A stretch of DNA of 64,000 nt from an uncultured Saprospiraceae bacterium (GTDB lineage: Bacteria; Bacteroidota; Bacteroidia; Chitinophagales; Saprospiraceae): positions 4,839-68,838 of the forward strand of contig CALLAW010000022.1 in NCBI GenBank assembly GCA_938001865.1, in the 5' to 3' direction. Shown in pieces: positions 10,344 to 19,366 of this stretch. The position numbers were made by a program, and so were the translations under genes. Position 1 is the stretch's first letter, and each line of letters starts with the position of its first letter. The notes beneath the pieces are model-generated. The model did no database searches. It was not told the DNA's origin and saw nothing but the letters and a program-made list of their open reading frames with translations.

Positions 10344-11576
10344 TTATTGGTCGAGTAAAAACTTTCTAAGCATAATCAAAGCTGCTCGAGACGAATACCG
10401 AATATTTATTATCCTATTCTTGTTGAGACCGAATTTTCTTACGATTTGTCTCTCTTTGTTACCAATGCAAAGATATACAGTCCCTACGGGTTTTGCTTCT
10501 GTACCACCAGTCGGTCCTGCGATACCCGATGCTGCGATAGCGATATCGGTCCCGAGTGCTTCGATACATCCTTTTACCATTTCTTTGACGACTTGTTCGC
10601 TGACAGCGCCGTGATCTTGTATTGTCTTTGCATTTACCTTGAGTAGGCTCTCCTTGAGTCGATTAGAGTAGGCTATGATGCTTCCTTGGTAGTACGCTGA
10701 TGATCCTGGGGTTGATGTGATGAGATGGCTGATGTATCCTCCGGTACAGGATTCGGCGGTACTCAATGTCAGATTACTCTCTATCATGAGTCGTTGCACT
10801 GCTTCTTGGATTTGCAATCCATCATAGCCATAGACATACGGTTGGAGCTGATCGGTCAGTCGGGATACTGCATCCTCTACGATAGCTTCACTCTGTGGTC
10901 CACGGTTACTTACTCTGACCTTCACTGTGCCGAGTGTAGGGAGGTAGGCGATCTCTAGAGATGGTGGGAGTATGGTGAGAGTATCTGCGATCCGATCTGC
11001 GACACTGGACTCAGCAATCCCTGCGGTGTGGATCGTCCGCTGTGAGTAAGTGATACTTCTCTGATCTGCTCTGAGTAGTGGGAGTACATGGCGTGACATT
11101 ATCTCTTTCATCTCATATGGTACGCCTGGCATGGAGATGATACTGCAGTCATTATACTTCATCAACATCCCTGGTGCAGTACCCATCGTGTTCTCTAAGA
11201 GCTGTGTGCCGATGGGAAAGTAGCACTGCTCCTTATGCAAGTGTGATAGAGCTAACCCTCGTCGGGTGAAGTAGGTGACGATCCGATCATAGGTTGCTTG
11301 GTCATATCGCATCTCTACTCCAAGTGTCTCTGCTAAGGCATCCTTAGTGATATCATCTCGGGTAGGTCCGAGCCCTCCTGTGACGAAGAGATATTGGACA
11401 TCTCGAGTCAATCTCTTAATCGCTTGGATCATGACAGGCTTATCATCAGGGATAGCGAGAGATTGAGTAATAGTGACACCTAGGGATGTGACCTGCTCAC
11501 CGATCCATGCAGAGTTGGTATCTATCGTCTGTCCGATGAGGAGTTCAGTACCTATGGCGAGTATTGCTGCTTTCAT
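10344..11576 (-). CDS. cinA: CinA family protein (competence/damage-inducible; NMN deamidase-type C-terminal domain)
   Basis: 410 aa. 'AILAIGTELLIGQTIDTNSAWI', 'GGLGPTRDDITK' and the C-terminal 'LSTAESCTGG'. Confidence 0.9.
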   Translation of the reverse strand: MKAAILAIGTELLIGQTIDTNSAWIGEQVTSLGVTITQSLAIPDDKPVMIQAIKRLTRDVQYLFVTGGLGPTRDDITKDALAETLGVEMRYDQATYDRIVTYFTRRGLALSHLHKEQCYFPIGTQLLENTMGTAPGMLMKYNDCSIISMPGVPYEMKEIMSRHVLPLLRADQRSITYSQRTIHTAGIAESSVADRIADTLTILPPSLEIAYLPTLGTVKVRVSNRGPQSEAIVEDAVSRLTDQLQPYVYGYDGLQIQEAVQRLMIESNLTLSTAESCTGGYISHLITSTPGSSAYYQGSIIAYSNRLKESLLKVNAKTIQDHGAVSEQVVKEMVKGCIEALGTDIAIAASGIAGPTGGTEAKPVGTVYLCIGNKERQIVRKFGLNKNRIINIRYSSRAALIMLRKFLLDQ

Positions 11577-11736
11577 GAGTTGGTTTGATTAGGATATTTG
11601 CATAAATGTAAAACGGGTAATACTCCCTCTAGGATGAGAAGCTATGGTTATAACCAAAGGTATTATTTCACATTATTGTTTACTTGGTATGGGATAATTT
11701 TTGGGGGCATTCCTAGGAAGAGCAAGTTACTCTGCA

Positions 11737-12204
11737 TTAATCAAAGTAGATCTGCTTCGCAAAGAAATACCAGTCATTGGCTAACTTATCAGGAGGTCCT
11801 CCATAGTCAATAAAGTGTTCGTAACTCAAAAAGTCATTTGCCTGCGAGTGATCATATACCTTGACGAGATAGTACTCGTCATCAGTATCGACAAAGTTGT
11901 CATAAGAGTCATTTTTGCATTTGAAATAATAGGCTACACCACGGCCTGGATATGATTTGATGGAGCATAGCTCATGTTTTTCGACCATTTCATTGATGAG
12001 GAGCTGATTGGATTGTGAATCATTGCTGAGAGTCTCCAACAAGTTTGCACTTTCTATCTGGTAAGCGGATTGGGTGAGTTGCTCCAACCTTGCGGGTAAG
12101 CGTTTTATCCGATAGTGCTCTATGCTACTCCAGTATCTGATCACCACAAAGAGCAATCCCAATGTGCCGATGATTATCAGTAGACCGCGGAATAAACATC
12201 TCAT
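11737..12204 (-). CDS. Hypothetical membrane-anchored protein
   Basis: 155 aa ORF with one N-terminal hydrophobic helix (LLIIIGTLGLLFVVI). No recognisable motif. Confidence 0.4.
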   Translation of the reverse strand: MRCLFRGLLIIIGTLGLLFVVIRYWSSIEHYRIKRLPARLEQLTQSAYQIESANLLETLSNDSQSNQLLINEMVEKHELCSIKSYPGRGVAYYFKCKNDSYDNFVDTDDEYYLVKVYDHSQANDFLSYEHFIDYGGPPDKLANDWYFFAKQIYFD

Positions 12205-12338
12205 GACTCTGTTATTTTTGGATGATGATAGATGATAGAGAATCAGACAGCCTTTGTATCTGGTTTTCTCATGTTATGGAGGTAAGCTTGCTATAGGATT
12301 ACATGAGAGTATCGATTGATTCTGAGTGTGGTTTTTAT

Positions 12339-13127
12339 TTATTGTAAGTTTGGGGTTAACGCCATTGAGTATTGACCATGCGTCAATTTGAGCATTGCTC
12401 CATTTGATTGGAGGATGAGTTCACCATTCTTATCGATATACTGTAGGGTGCCTTGCATGGCATTGCCATGGTTATCGAGACAGGTGACATTTTCTGTAAT
12501 TTTGTATAAGTGCTTATTGTATAAGTTGATGATCAAATTTGGGTTTTTCAACTTAGATTGAGAGAGACTTTCTTGGTCAAGAGTAGCAATTATCTCATAG
12601 AGTAACTGGAGTCTATCGTGAGCTCGATTGGTTAATTGCATGAGTGATGTCGCTGATGGGAGACTTTTGTCAAATGTTTTTTGATTGACATTTACTCCGA
12701 TACCTATAGTACTAGACTTGAGCTGTGATCCATTATATCCATTTTGGATCAAGATGCCTGCTACTTTTTTATCAGAGATGATGATGTCATTTGGCCATTT
12801 GATCTTGACTGGCTGATCGACAGAGAGCTGGATGACTTGTCTGAGTACGACTGCGATATACATATTCCATTGGAATGGAAATGAAGGGTCTAGGGACTCA
12901 GGACCGAGTGGGAGATAGATGCTACAGAGGAGGTTACACTTGGCCTCTGATGACCAAGTACTGCCATATTGTCCTCTACCTTCTGTCTGATGGTCAGTAA
13001 AAACTACTGTTTTTTGTCTTGGATTGGTGTTTGCACAGTTATCTTTAACGTATGTATTGGTACTAGTCACCTCATTGAGATAGACAAATTGCCATGACTT
13101 TAAATCTTGCAAAGAACTTTGAGACAT
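12339..13127 (-). CDS. birA: Biotin--[acetyl-CoA-carboxylase] ligase (no N-terminal HTH domain)
   Basis: 262 aa. Biotin/ATP loop 'GRGQYGSTWSS' and the 'KWPNDI' motif. Confidence 0.85.
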   Translation of the reverse strand: MSQSSLQDLKSWQFVYLNEVTSTNTYVKDNCANTNPRQKTVVFTDHQTEGRGQYGSTWSSEAKCNLLCSIYLPLGPESLDPSFPFQWNMYIAVVLRQVIQLSVDQPVKIKWPNDIIISDKKVAGILIQNGYNGSQLKSSTIGIGVNVNQKTFDKSLPSATSLMQLTNRAHDRLQLLYEIIATLDQESLSQSKLKNPNLIINLYNKHLYKITENVTCLDNHGNAMQGTLQYIDKNGELILQSNGAMLKLTHGQYSMALTPNLQ

Positions 13128-13201
13128 TATTTACGTCACATTTCGTTAAGATAATGATACAGAACTATTACGCATAATAACGGCTATAATATCATAAAAA
13201 T

Positions 13202-13585
13202 TTGACAGACATCCAATCTCCTTCCCCAATTACAGACTTAGATCAGATCAATGCACTTATCATTGACAGTATCCAAGATATCAAAGGCAAGCAAATAGTA
13301 AAACTCGATCTCAGAGGACTAGATGACTCTCCGACTGACTACTTTATCATCTGTAGCGGTGAGTCCAATACCCAGATGAGAGCTATCGCTAATAATGTCA
13401 ATCTTAGACTCAAGAATGAAGCTGGATGGATGCCATCTAGCAAAGAAGGACAGGAGAGTGATACATGGGTCTTAGTTGACTATTTCAATACAATAGTTCA
13501 CATATTTCACCCTGAGGCTCGAAAATTTTACGAATTAGAAGAACTTTGGAGTGATGCTGAGGTTACAGAGTACCAAGATGTCTGA
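13202..13585 (+). CDS. rsfS: Ribosome silencing factor RsfS (iojap family)
   Basis: 127 aa. 'DYFIICSGESNTQMRAIANNV' and 'WVLVDYFNTIVHIF'. The start appears to be TTG because no upstream in-frame ATG exists. Confidence 0.85.
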   Translation: MTDIQSPSPITDLDQINALIIDSIQDIKGKQIVKLDLRGLDDSPTDYFIICSGESNTQMRAIANNVNLRLKNEAGWMPSSKEGQESDTWVLVDYFNTIVHIFHPEARKFYELEELWSDAEVTEYQDV

Positions 13586-13684
13586 TTTTGAAACAACGAT
13601 AGAGATAATCAAGAGCAGAATATAGTACAAGACGATCAGCACAAGTCAAAGCTGATCATCACTCCATTAGATAGAGAAAACAAT

Positions 13685-15688
13685 ATGACAGAAAAAAACA
13701 ATAATAATAAAAAGGAGAATCCAAATAAGTTGAACTTCAACTCTTATTGGATCTATGGGCTTATCATCTTCATGATACTCAGTATCAATCTCTTCAATGT
13801 GATGAACAACAATACTGAAGTAATCACTCCAGTCAAGTTTGAGCAGATGGCTAAGAAGGGTGAGATCAGTAAGGTAGAGGTGATTAATAAGTCTGTAGCT
13901 CATGTATGGATTAAGGAGGACAGACAGAAGTCACATAAGCACATTGCTGAGAATACATTCAACTTCGAGCAACCACATTACTCATTTGAGTTGGGTGATA
14001 TTGGCTCATTTGATGATAAAGTCAAAGAGATCAACAGTGACCAAATCCTCATAGATCCGATCTACCAGACGAGGACTAACTGGACTGGACAGATCTTTAG
14101 CTGGTTGTTGCCACTCTTATTATTGATAGGACTGTGGGTATTCTTCATGCGTAGGATGACTGGAGGACAGGGCGGTCCAGGTGGACAGATCTTCAGTATT
14201 GGTAAGTCTAAGGCTACACTCTTTGACAAGGACGCTAAGGTCAACGTCACATTTAAGGATGTCGCTGGACTCGAAGAAGCAAAAGAAGAAGTCATGGAGG
14301 TAGTAGACTTCCTCAAGAATCCCAAAAAGTATACAGCACTCGGAGGTAAAATCCCTAAAGGGGTCTTGCTCGTAGGGCCTCCAGGTACTGGAAAGACTCT
14401 ACTCGCTAAGGCTGTTGCAGGAGAGGCAGATGTGCCATTCTTCTCTATGTCAGGATCTGACTTCGTCGAGATGTTCGTCGGTGTAGGAGCATCACGAGTG
14501 AGAGATGTATTCAAGCAGGCAAGAGAGAAGGCACCTTGCATAATATTTATCGATGAGATAGATGCCATCGGAAGAGCCAGAGGTAAGGGGGCCGTACAAG
14601 GTGGCAATGACGAAAGAGAAAACACTCTCAACCAACTCCTCGTAGAGATGGATGGATTTGCAAGTGATAAGGGTGTCATCATCATGGCAGCGACCAATAG
14701 ACCAGATGTACTAGATAATGCCCTCTTGAGACCGGGGAGATTCGATAGACAGATAGGGATCGATAGACCAGATCTCAAAGGTCGGAGAGAGATATTTGAT
14801 GTCCACCTCCGCAATATCAAGATTGCTCCAGGTGTCAATGCTGAGGTATTAGCAGAGATGACTCCAGGATTTGCAGGAGCAGATATTGCCAACATCTGTA
14901 ACGAAGCAGCACTCGTCGCTGCCCGTAACGATAAGAAGGCAGTAGACTTAGATGACTTCAATTATGCTCTAGATAGAGTCATTGGAGGACTCGAAAAGAA
15001 AAATAAAATCATCTCACCAAAAGAGAAAGAGATCATAGCTTATCATGAAGCAGGTCATGCCGTATGTGGATGGTTCTTAGAGCATGCATCGCCACTCGTC
15101 AAAGTCACTATAGTGCCTAGAGGGATAGGGACACTCGGATATGCTCAGTATCTCCCCAAAGAAGAGTATATCACAAGGACAGAAGCACTCAAGGATAGGA
15201 TGTGTATGACTCTTGGTGGTAGAGCAGCGGAGAAGATCGTATTTGACAAGATCTCGACAGGTGCACAGAGTGATCTCGATCAAGTCACTAAGATGGCCTA
15301 CAGTATGATTGCTATCTATGGGATGAATGATAAAGTAGGTAACGTATCATTCCATGCAATGTCTCAAGACCAATTCAGTAAGCCTTACTCTGATGATACG
15401 GCTACTCTCATAGATAACGAAGTCCGTAATCTTATAGAAGAGCAATATCTGAGATCTCAGAATCTCTTGAAAAAATATAGAAATGAACTCAATACTCTAG
15501 CGAATCAGCTCTTGGAGAAGGAAGTGATCTTGAAGTCTGACTTAGAGTTGCTGATAGGGAAGAGACCATGGGACGATGAAGAGGTGATCGCAGCAGAGTC
15601 TGCCACGGACTCTGATATCTCTACACCATCATCTGACGCTAGACCAGTGGAAGATCAGCCAGACTCTGCTAGCCTAGATAAAGAGTAA
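13685..15688 (+). CDS. ftsH: ATP-dependent zinc metalloprotease FtsH
   Basis: 667 aa. Walker A 'GPPGTGKT', Walker B 'IIFIDEIDA', SRH '[20 protein letters not shown]' and zinc site 'HEAGHA'. Confidence 0.97.
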   Translation: MTEKNNNNKKENPNKLNFNSYWIYGLIIFMILSINLFNVMNNNTEVITPVKFEQMAKKGEISKVEVINKSVAHVWIKEDRQKSHKHIAENTFNFEQPHYSFELGDIGSFDDKVKEINSDQILIDPIYQTRTNWTGQIFSWLLPLLLLIGLWVFFMRRMTGGQGGPGGQIFSIGKSKATLFDKDAKVNVTFKDVAGLEEAKEEVMEVVDFLKNPKKYTALGGKIPKGVLLVGPPGTGKTLLAKAVAGEADVPFFSMSGSDFVEMFVGVGASRVRDVFKQAREKAPCIIFIDEIDAIGRARGKGAVQGGNDERENTLNQLLVEMDGFASDKGVIIMAATNRPDVLDNALLRPGRFDRQIGIDRPDLKGRREIFDVHLRNIKIAPGVNAEVLAEMTPGFAGADIANICNEAALVAARNDKKAVDLDDFNYALDRVIGGLEKKNKIISPKEKEIIAYHEAGHAVCGWFLEHASPLVKVTIVPRGIGTLGYAQYLPKEEYITRTEALKDRMCMTLGGRAAEKIVFDKISTGAQSDLDQVTKMAYSMIAIYGMNDKVGNVSFHAMSQDQFSKPYSDDTATLIDNEVRNLIEEQYLRSQNLLKKYRNELNTLANQLLEKEVILKSDLELLIGKRPWDDEEVIAAESATDSDISTPSSDARPVEDQPDSASLDKE

Positions 15689-16020
15689 GTCTCTATACTA
15701 GTGAATACAAGATAAGTCGATATGAACGGTAAGATAGCTAGCTTACTCTCTGGGTTCCTATAATCAAAATAGAGATAGACCAAGATAAATGAAGCTACAA
15801 TCTTCAGTAGCATGTTCACTCCGATCAGGTAGAGGAGTCGATTGCCTGTCGTACGCTTATTGTTGGCCAAGAGATGCATGATCAGTGTGAGTACACAGAA
15901 AAATACTACAGAAATTCCCATCATATCGTAGTACTGATATGTCTCTAGGAAGGTATTCATCACACTGAAGCAGAGCAATGAGCAGAGAATGCTAAAGAGA
16001 AGTTGTTTCCAGATATTCAT
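15655..16020 (-). CDS. Small polytopic membrane protein (hypothetical)
   Basis: 121 aa with about four hydrophobic segments. It lies directly downstream of the AtpZ-like gene on the same strand. Its 3' end overlaps the ftsH 3' end by 34 nt. Confidence 0.45.
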   Translation of the reverse strand: MNIWKQLLFSILCSLLCFSVMNTFLETYQYYDMMGISVVFFCVLTLIMHLLANNKRTTGNRLLYLIGVNMLLKIVASFILVYLYFDYRNPESKLAILPFISTYLVFTSIETYSLSRLAESG

Positions 16021-16052
16021 AATGTACTCAGATTATTGCCAGGAGCTCTCCT

Positions 16053-16328
16053 TCATGCAAGGTCCTTGATCAATGTATAGAACTTAGCAAAGATCACAAT
16101 GCCTAACAATGAAAGAGTCACATATGGCTTGTCAAGATTGTAATAGTCATCAGCGTACTGACCAGCAATGATAGCACCAAGCATCAACCCAAATAATGTG
16201 TATCCCCAACTACTATACTTGAGATAAGTATCCGTTTTCTTCTTTATGTTGAGCTTAGACTTGTCTTGAGGTGATGCCTCCGTCTCATCGTTACTACTGA
16301 CCTTATTACTTTGCGGTGTATTACTCAT
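16053..16328 (-). CDS. AtpZ/AtpI-family small membrane protein
   Basis: 91 aa. A polar N-terminus is followed by two TM helices ('YSSWGYTLFGLMLGAIIAGQY', 'VTLSLLGIVIFAKFYTLI'). It sits after a bactofilin gene, as in Bacteroidota atp-operon leaders. Confidence 0.6.
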   Translation of the reverse strand: MSNTPQSNKVSSNDETEASPQDKSKLNIKKKTDTYLKYSSWGYTLFGLMLGAIIAGQYADDYYNLDKPYVTLSLLGIVIFAKFYTLIKDLA

Positions 16329-16334
16329 CCTCTG

Positions 16335-16748
16335 TTAGACGGCTTTGGACTCTTGGCTGATCGGCTTGACCTTATTAGGTACAGTGGAGCATGAGACATT
16401 GAATGATGCTCCAGCTTGTACAGTAAGGTTGTCAGTGTCGACCTCTCCTGTAATTACTGCGGTCTCTTTGACTTGAAGACTATCCTTTACTTTGAGTTTG
16501 CCATCGAATCTTCCTTCTATTACAGCATTTTCGCAGATGACTTCTCCGATGATAGTGCCTTGTGGACCGATGATCACTTTGCCATCACACGTGAGGTTTC
16601 CATTGAGATTGCCATCGATACGTATATCAGTATTCGCTTTGATATTGCCCTCTACTGTAGTATTAGACACTAGGCTATTAGTCCCTCCAGTGGGCACAGT
16701 CGCAGATGAGTGATTTGAATCAGGTGTAGATTTCTTACTTCCAAACAT
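16335..16748 (-). CDS. Bactofilin (polymer-forming cytoskeletal protein)
   Basis: 137 aa. Beta-helical repeat pattern 'VEGNIKANTDIRIDGNLNGNLTCDGKVIIGPQGTIIGEVICENAVIEGRFDGKLKV'. Confidence 0.85.
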   Translation of the reverse strand: MFGSKKSTPDSNHSSATVPTGGTNSLVSNTTVEGNIKANTDIRIDGNLNGNLTCDGKVIIGPQGTIIGEVICENAVIEGRFDGKLKVKDSLQVKETAVITGEVDTDNLTVQAGASFNVSCSTVPNKVKPISQESKAV

Positions 16749-16839
16749 GGGTATTGATTATTTTCGGGTTGATTATTAGTGTTTATAGATGTCGGCTGCT
16801 GTTCTCTCCTCGTACTTGGGTCTCACCTCTCGCAAGAGC

Positions 16840-16886
16840 AAAAAACAAAACCCTCACTCAATCTTGAAATTGAATGAGGGCTTTTT
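16840..16886 (-). terminator. Rho-independent terminator hairpin (potentially bidirectional) downstream of the PorP/SprF gene
   Basis: CCCTCA(C)T(C)AAT ... ATTGAATGAGGG stem at 16851-16880. It is flanked by an A-run (a T-run on the minus strand) at 16840-16850 and TTTTT at 16882-16886. Confidence 0.6.
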
Positions 16887-16943
16887 ATAATTTGGATTAC
16901 TGCCAACGGTATTTACTCTCGATGGTAGTAATCATTATCTTCC

Positions 16944-18035
16944 TTAGAATCTAGGACAGTAGACAGCTCTCTTCTCAGGTCCACAGATATAGTAATTGAG
17001 AGAAAACTCAAAAGCACCATTACCTGCTGCCGCAGCTCTAAGACCTGATACATTTAAGTCGTAGCTAAATCCTAGTCCGAAATTGTCATAATCAAATCTT
17101 GCAGTGAAGATTACAGCATCAGAGTGGAAGAAATCTACTGTTGGCTCAGCGCCTGCTGCAGTTGCTTCTCTAAACTGATTAGCTAATCTATACCATGCAC
17201 CTATTTGCCATGACTGATCTTGTCTTGCTGATCCTACATCGAATCTGATGTTAGTTCCTAAGTTGAGCTCTACTTGGCTTGCTTGCTTGAGGAATACAAA
17301 TCCTGGAACCAAAGCTAATCCCTTATCCACCTCGAATGCTCCACCTGCGTGAAGGGTAATTCTTTGGTTGATTGGCTCGATTACACTTGTAGAAGCTTGG
17401 AATGTAACATTAGGTCGATTGATATGGTGAATCGCAGCGCCAGCGTAGAAGTTGTTGAACTTATCGATGATAGAGAACCAAAGCAATCCTACTGCGAGAT
17501 CTGGATAGATAAAGTCATAATCTAATTGATTAACGATCGCTGGTGAGATACCATTATTACCACCATTGCCATCATGCTGAGATGACCATACTTGATCTAC
17601 TGCTGATGAGCTCAATCTCCTCTGACTAATCGCAGCATCCGCTCCGATGACGAGGAAGTGAGATCGGTCTCTATATCCTCCCATCTTCTTAGCATATGAG
17701 AATGATAGTCTCCCTTGAGTAGTACCAAAGTCCAATGATCCCGCTACATCACTCCACAGAGAGCCACCGATACCGAAGTAATCTGTACGACCTACTGAGA
17801 TCTTCTGATCATAAGAGACACTATATGTATTGAATGCATTAGCCCCAAGCACTCCTGCCCATTGGTTTCGATAGTTGGCGACTAATCTTGTGTTACAGTT
17901 CATTACACCAGTGAGTGCTGGGTTGGTATTCAATGGGGACATGTAGAACTGGGAAAAATGAATGTCCTGTGCTTGTACTCCAAATGCTGTGAGAGCAAGG
18001 ATAATTACAACGCAACTTCGTAGATAATTAAGCAT
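16944..18035 (-). CDS. Type IX secretion system membrane protein, PorP/SprF family
   Basis: 363 aa with a signal peptide followed by the hallmark 'QDIHFSQFYMSPLNTNPALTG'. The composition is beta-barrel-like. Confidence 0.85.
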   Translation of the reverse strand: MLNYLRSCVVIILALTAFGVQAQDIHFSQFYMSPLNTNPALTGVMNCNTRLVANYRNQWAGVLGANAFNTYSVSYDQKISVGRTDYFGIGGSLWSDVAGSLDFGTTQGRLSFSYAKKMGGYRDRSHFLVIGADAAISQRRLSSSAVDQVWSSQHDGNGGNNGISPAIVNQLDYDFIYPDLAVGLLWFSIIDKFNNFYAGAAIHHINRPNVTFQASTSVIEPINQRITLHAGGAFEVDKGLALVPGFVFLKQASQVELNLGTNIRFDVGSARQDQSWQIGAWYRLANQFREATAAGAEPTVDFFHSDAVIFTARFDYDNFGLGFSYDLNVSGLRAAAAGNGAFEFSLNYYICGPEKRAVYCPRF

Positions 18036-18220
18036 AATCTTTAATTTTTAAACTCCTTATTATTAGGGTGTATCTTCTATATTCGTATCATGGAGTTCAA
18101 TTCATTACTATGGAATCATAATAATAAGTTTAAAACTACAATATTTTTGTCTTTATTTCTATTTCAAAAGTTAATAAAGATTACATAAATAAATTTATAA
18201 TATCAAAAACCGTACCTACA

Positions 18221-19213
18221 GTGACTTATTATAGCCAAGTTAAGGTAATACCACTAGACTCTCTGCTAGATTATCAGCAATCCATTGTGACTCTTGGTTC
18301 ATGCTTTTCTGATCAGATAGGTCGATTATTGCAAGATCACCGCTTTGATACGACTGTCAATCCTCTTGGCATCTTGTATAATCCTCATACAATCTCTCGA
18401 CATTTAGCCACAGCGATCACTCACCAGTCTCTCTCACCTGACGGATATCTCACTGTTGATGGACTCACTTATCACCACGACTTCCACTCTACCATGAAGG
18501 CGGAGAGTATCTCCACCCTCGAGAGTAAGATCAATGCGGCATACCTCTCACTCGGATCGACACTCAAGACTGCCAACCTATTGATCATCACGCTAGGTAC
18601 AGCTGTAGCTTATAGGCACATCAACTCAGGGCATATCGTAGGGAATTGTCACAGAGTAGCGCAGAGCCAGTTTGACCAAATCCTCCTCTCGTCTAGAGCT
18701 ATCACGACTCGATTGAGTACTGTAATCACTGCACTGAGAGAGTATAACCCGAGTCTCCAGATACTCCTAACAGTGAGTCCTGTGAGATATCTCAAGTATG
18801 GCGCTATCCTCAATAACCGGAGCAAAGCACAACTCTTGATAGCCGCAATGAGATTAGAAGAGAGGCATGAGTCAGTCACTTATTGGCCAGCGTATGAGCT
18901 CTTTATGGATGAACTCAGAGACTATCGATGGGTAGAGTCCGATCTTGTACATCCCAACAAACAGGCGGTAGAGGTGATCTGGTCCAGATTCGTAGATTCG
19001 GCACTGGATCGACAATCTCAGCTCATACTTAGAGATGTCAAGAGTATCAATGCTCAGCTGAGTCATCGTCCATTTAATCCACAATCAGCAAGCCATCTAG
19101 CTGCTCAGCATAAGCTCTATCAGCGTATGGCAGATCTCAGGAAGACTCACCCGTATCTCCGATGGTCCGAAGAAGAAAGACATCGTACGGATGAATATAT
19201 GGATCGTCTCTGA
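18221..19213 (+). CDS. GSCFA domain protein
   Basis: 330 aa with a GTG start. It has 'VTLGSCFSDQIG' close to the N-terminus and 'ITLGTA' further on. Confidence 0.8.
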   Translation: MTYYSQVKVIPLDSLLDYQQSIVTLGSCFSDQIGRLLQDHRFDTTVNPLGILYNPHTISRHLATAITHQSLSPDGYLTVDGLTYHHDFHSTMKAESISTLESKINAAYLSLGSTLKTANLLIITLGTAVAYRHINSGHIVGNCHRVAQSQFDQILLSSRAITTRLSTVITALREYNPSLQILLTVSPVRYLKYGAILNNRSKAQLLIAAMRLEERHESVTYWPAYELFMDELRDYRWVESDLVHPNKQAVEVIWSRFVDSALDRQSQLILRDVKSINAQLSHRPFNPQSASHLAAQHKLYQRMADLRKTHPYLRWSEEERHRTDEYMDRL

Positions 19214-19366
19214 TCAAGAAGGATATGAGTGCTAGCACTGATGGTATAGGAGTAGCTTGATAAGTCAATAACCTCCATGCAGGAAGGCCATTCGTTTTTC
19301 TAAATTCTTAGCTTTGAAAAAAATAGTTTTTGCTTTTCATAGGATCTGTTGTGAGGTGCTAGGACT

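Noticed and set aside
14062-14961. 299-aa ORF antisense to ftsH
   Set aside because: It is an S/L/P/A-rich low-complexity translation opposite a strongly supported, highly conserved gene. This is a typical shadow ORF.
18142-18149. TATTTTTG match to the Bacteroidota -7 promoter consensus TAnnTTTG, 72 nt upstream of the GSCFA gene
   Set aside because: It is a single 8-mer match in very AT-rich DNA without a clear -33 TTTG partner. That is not enough to call a promoter.
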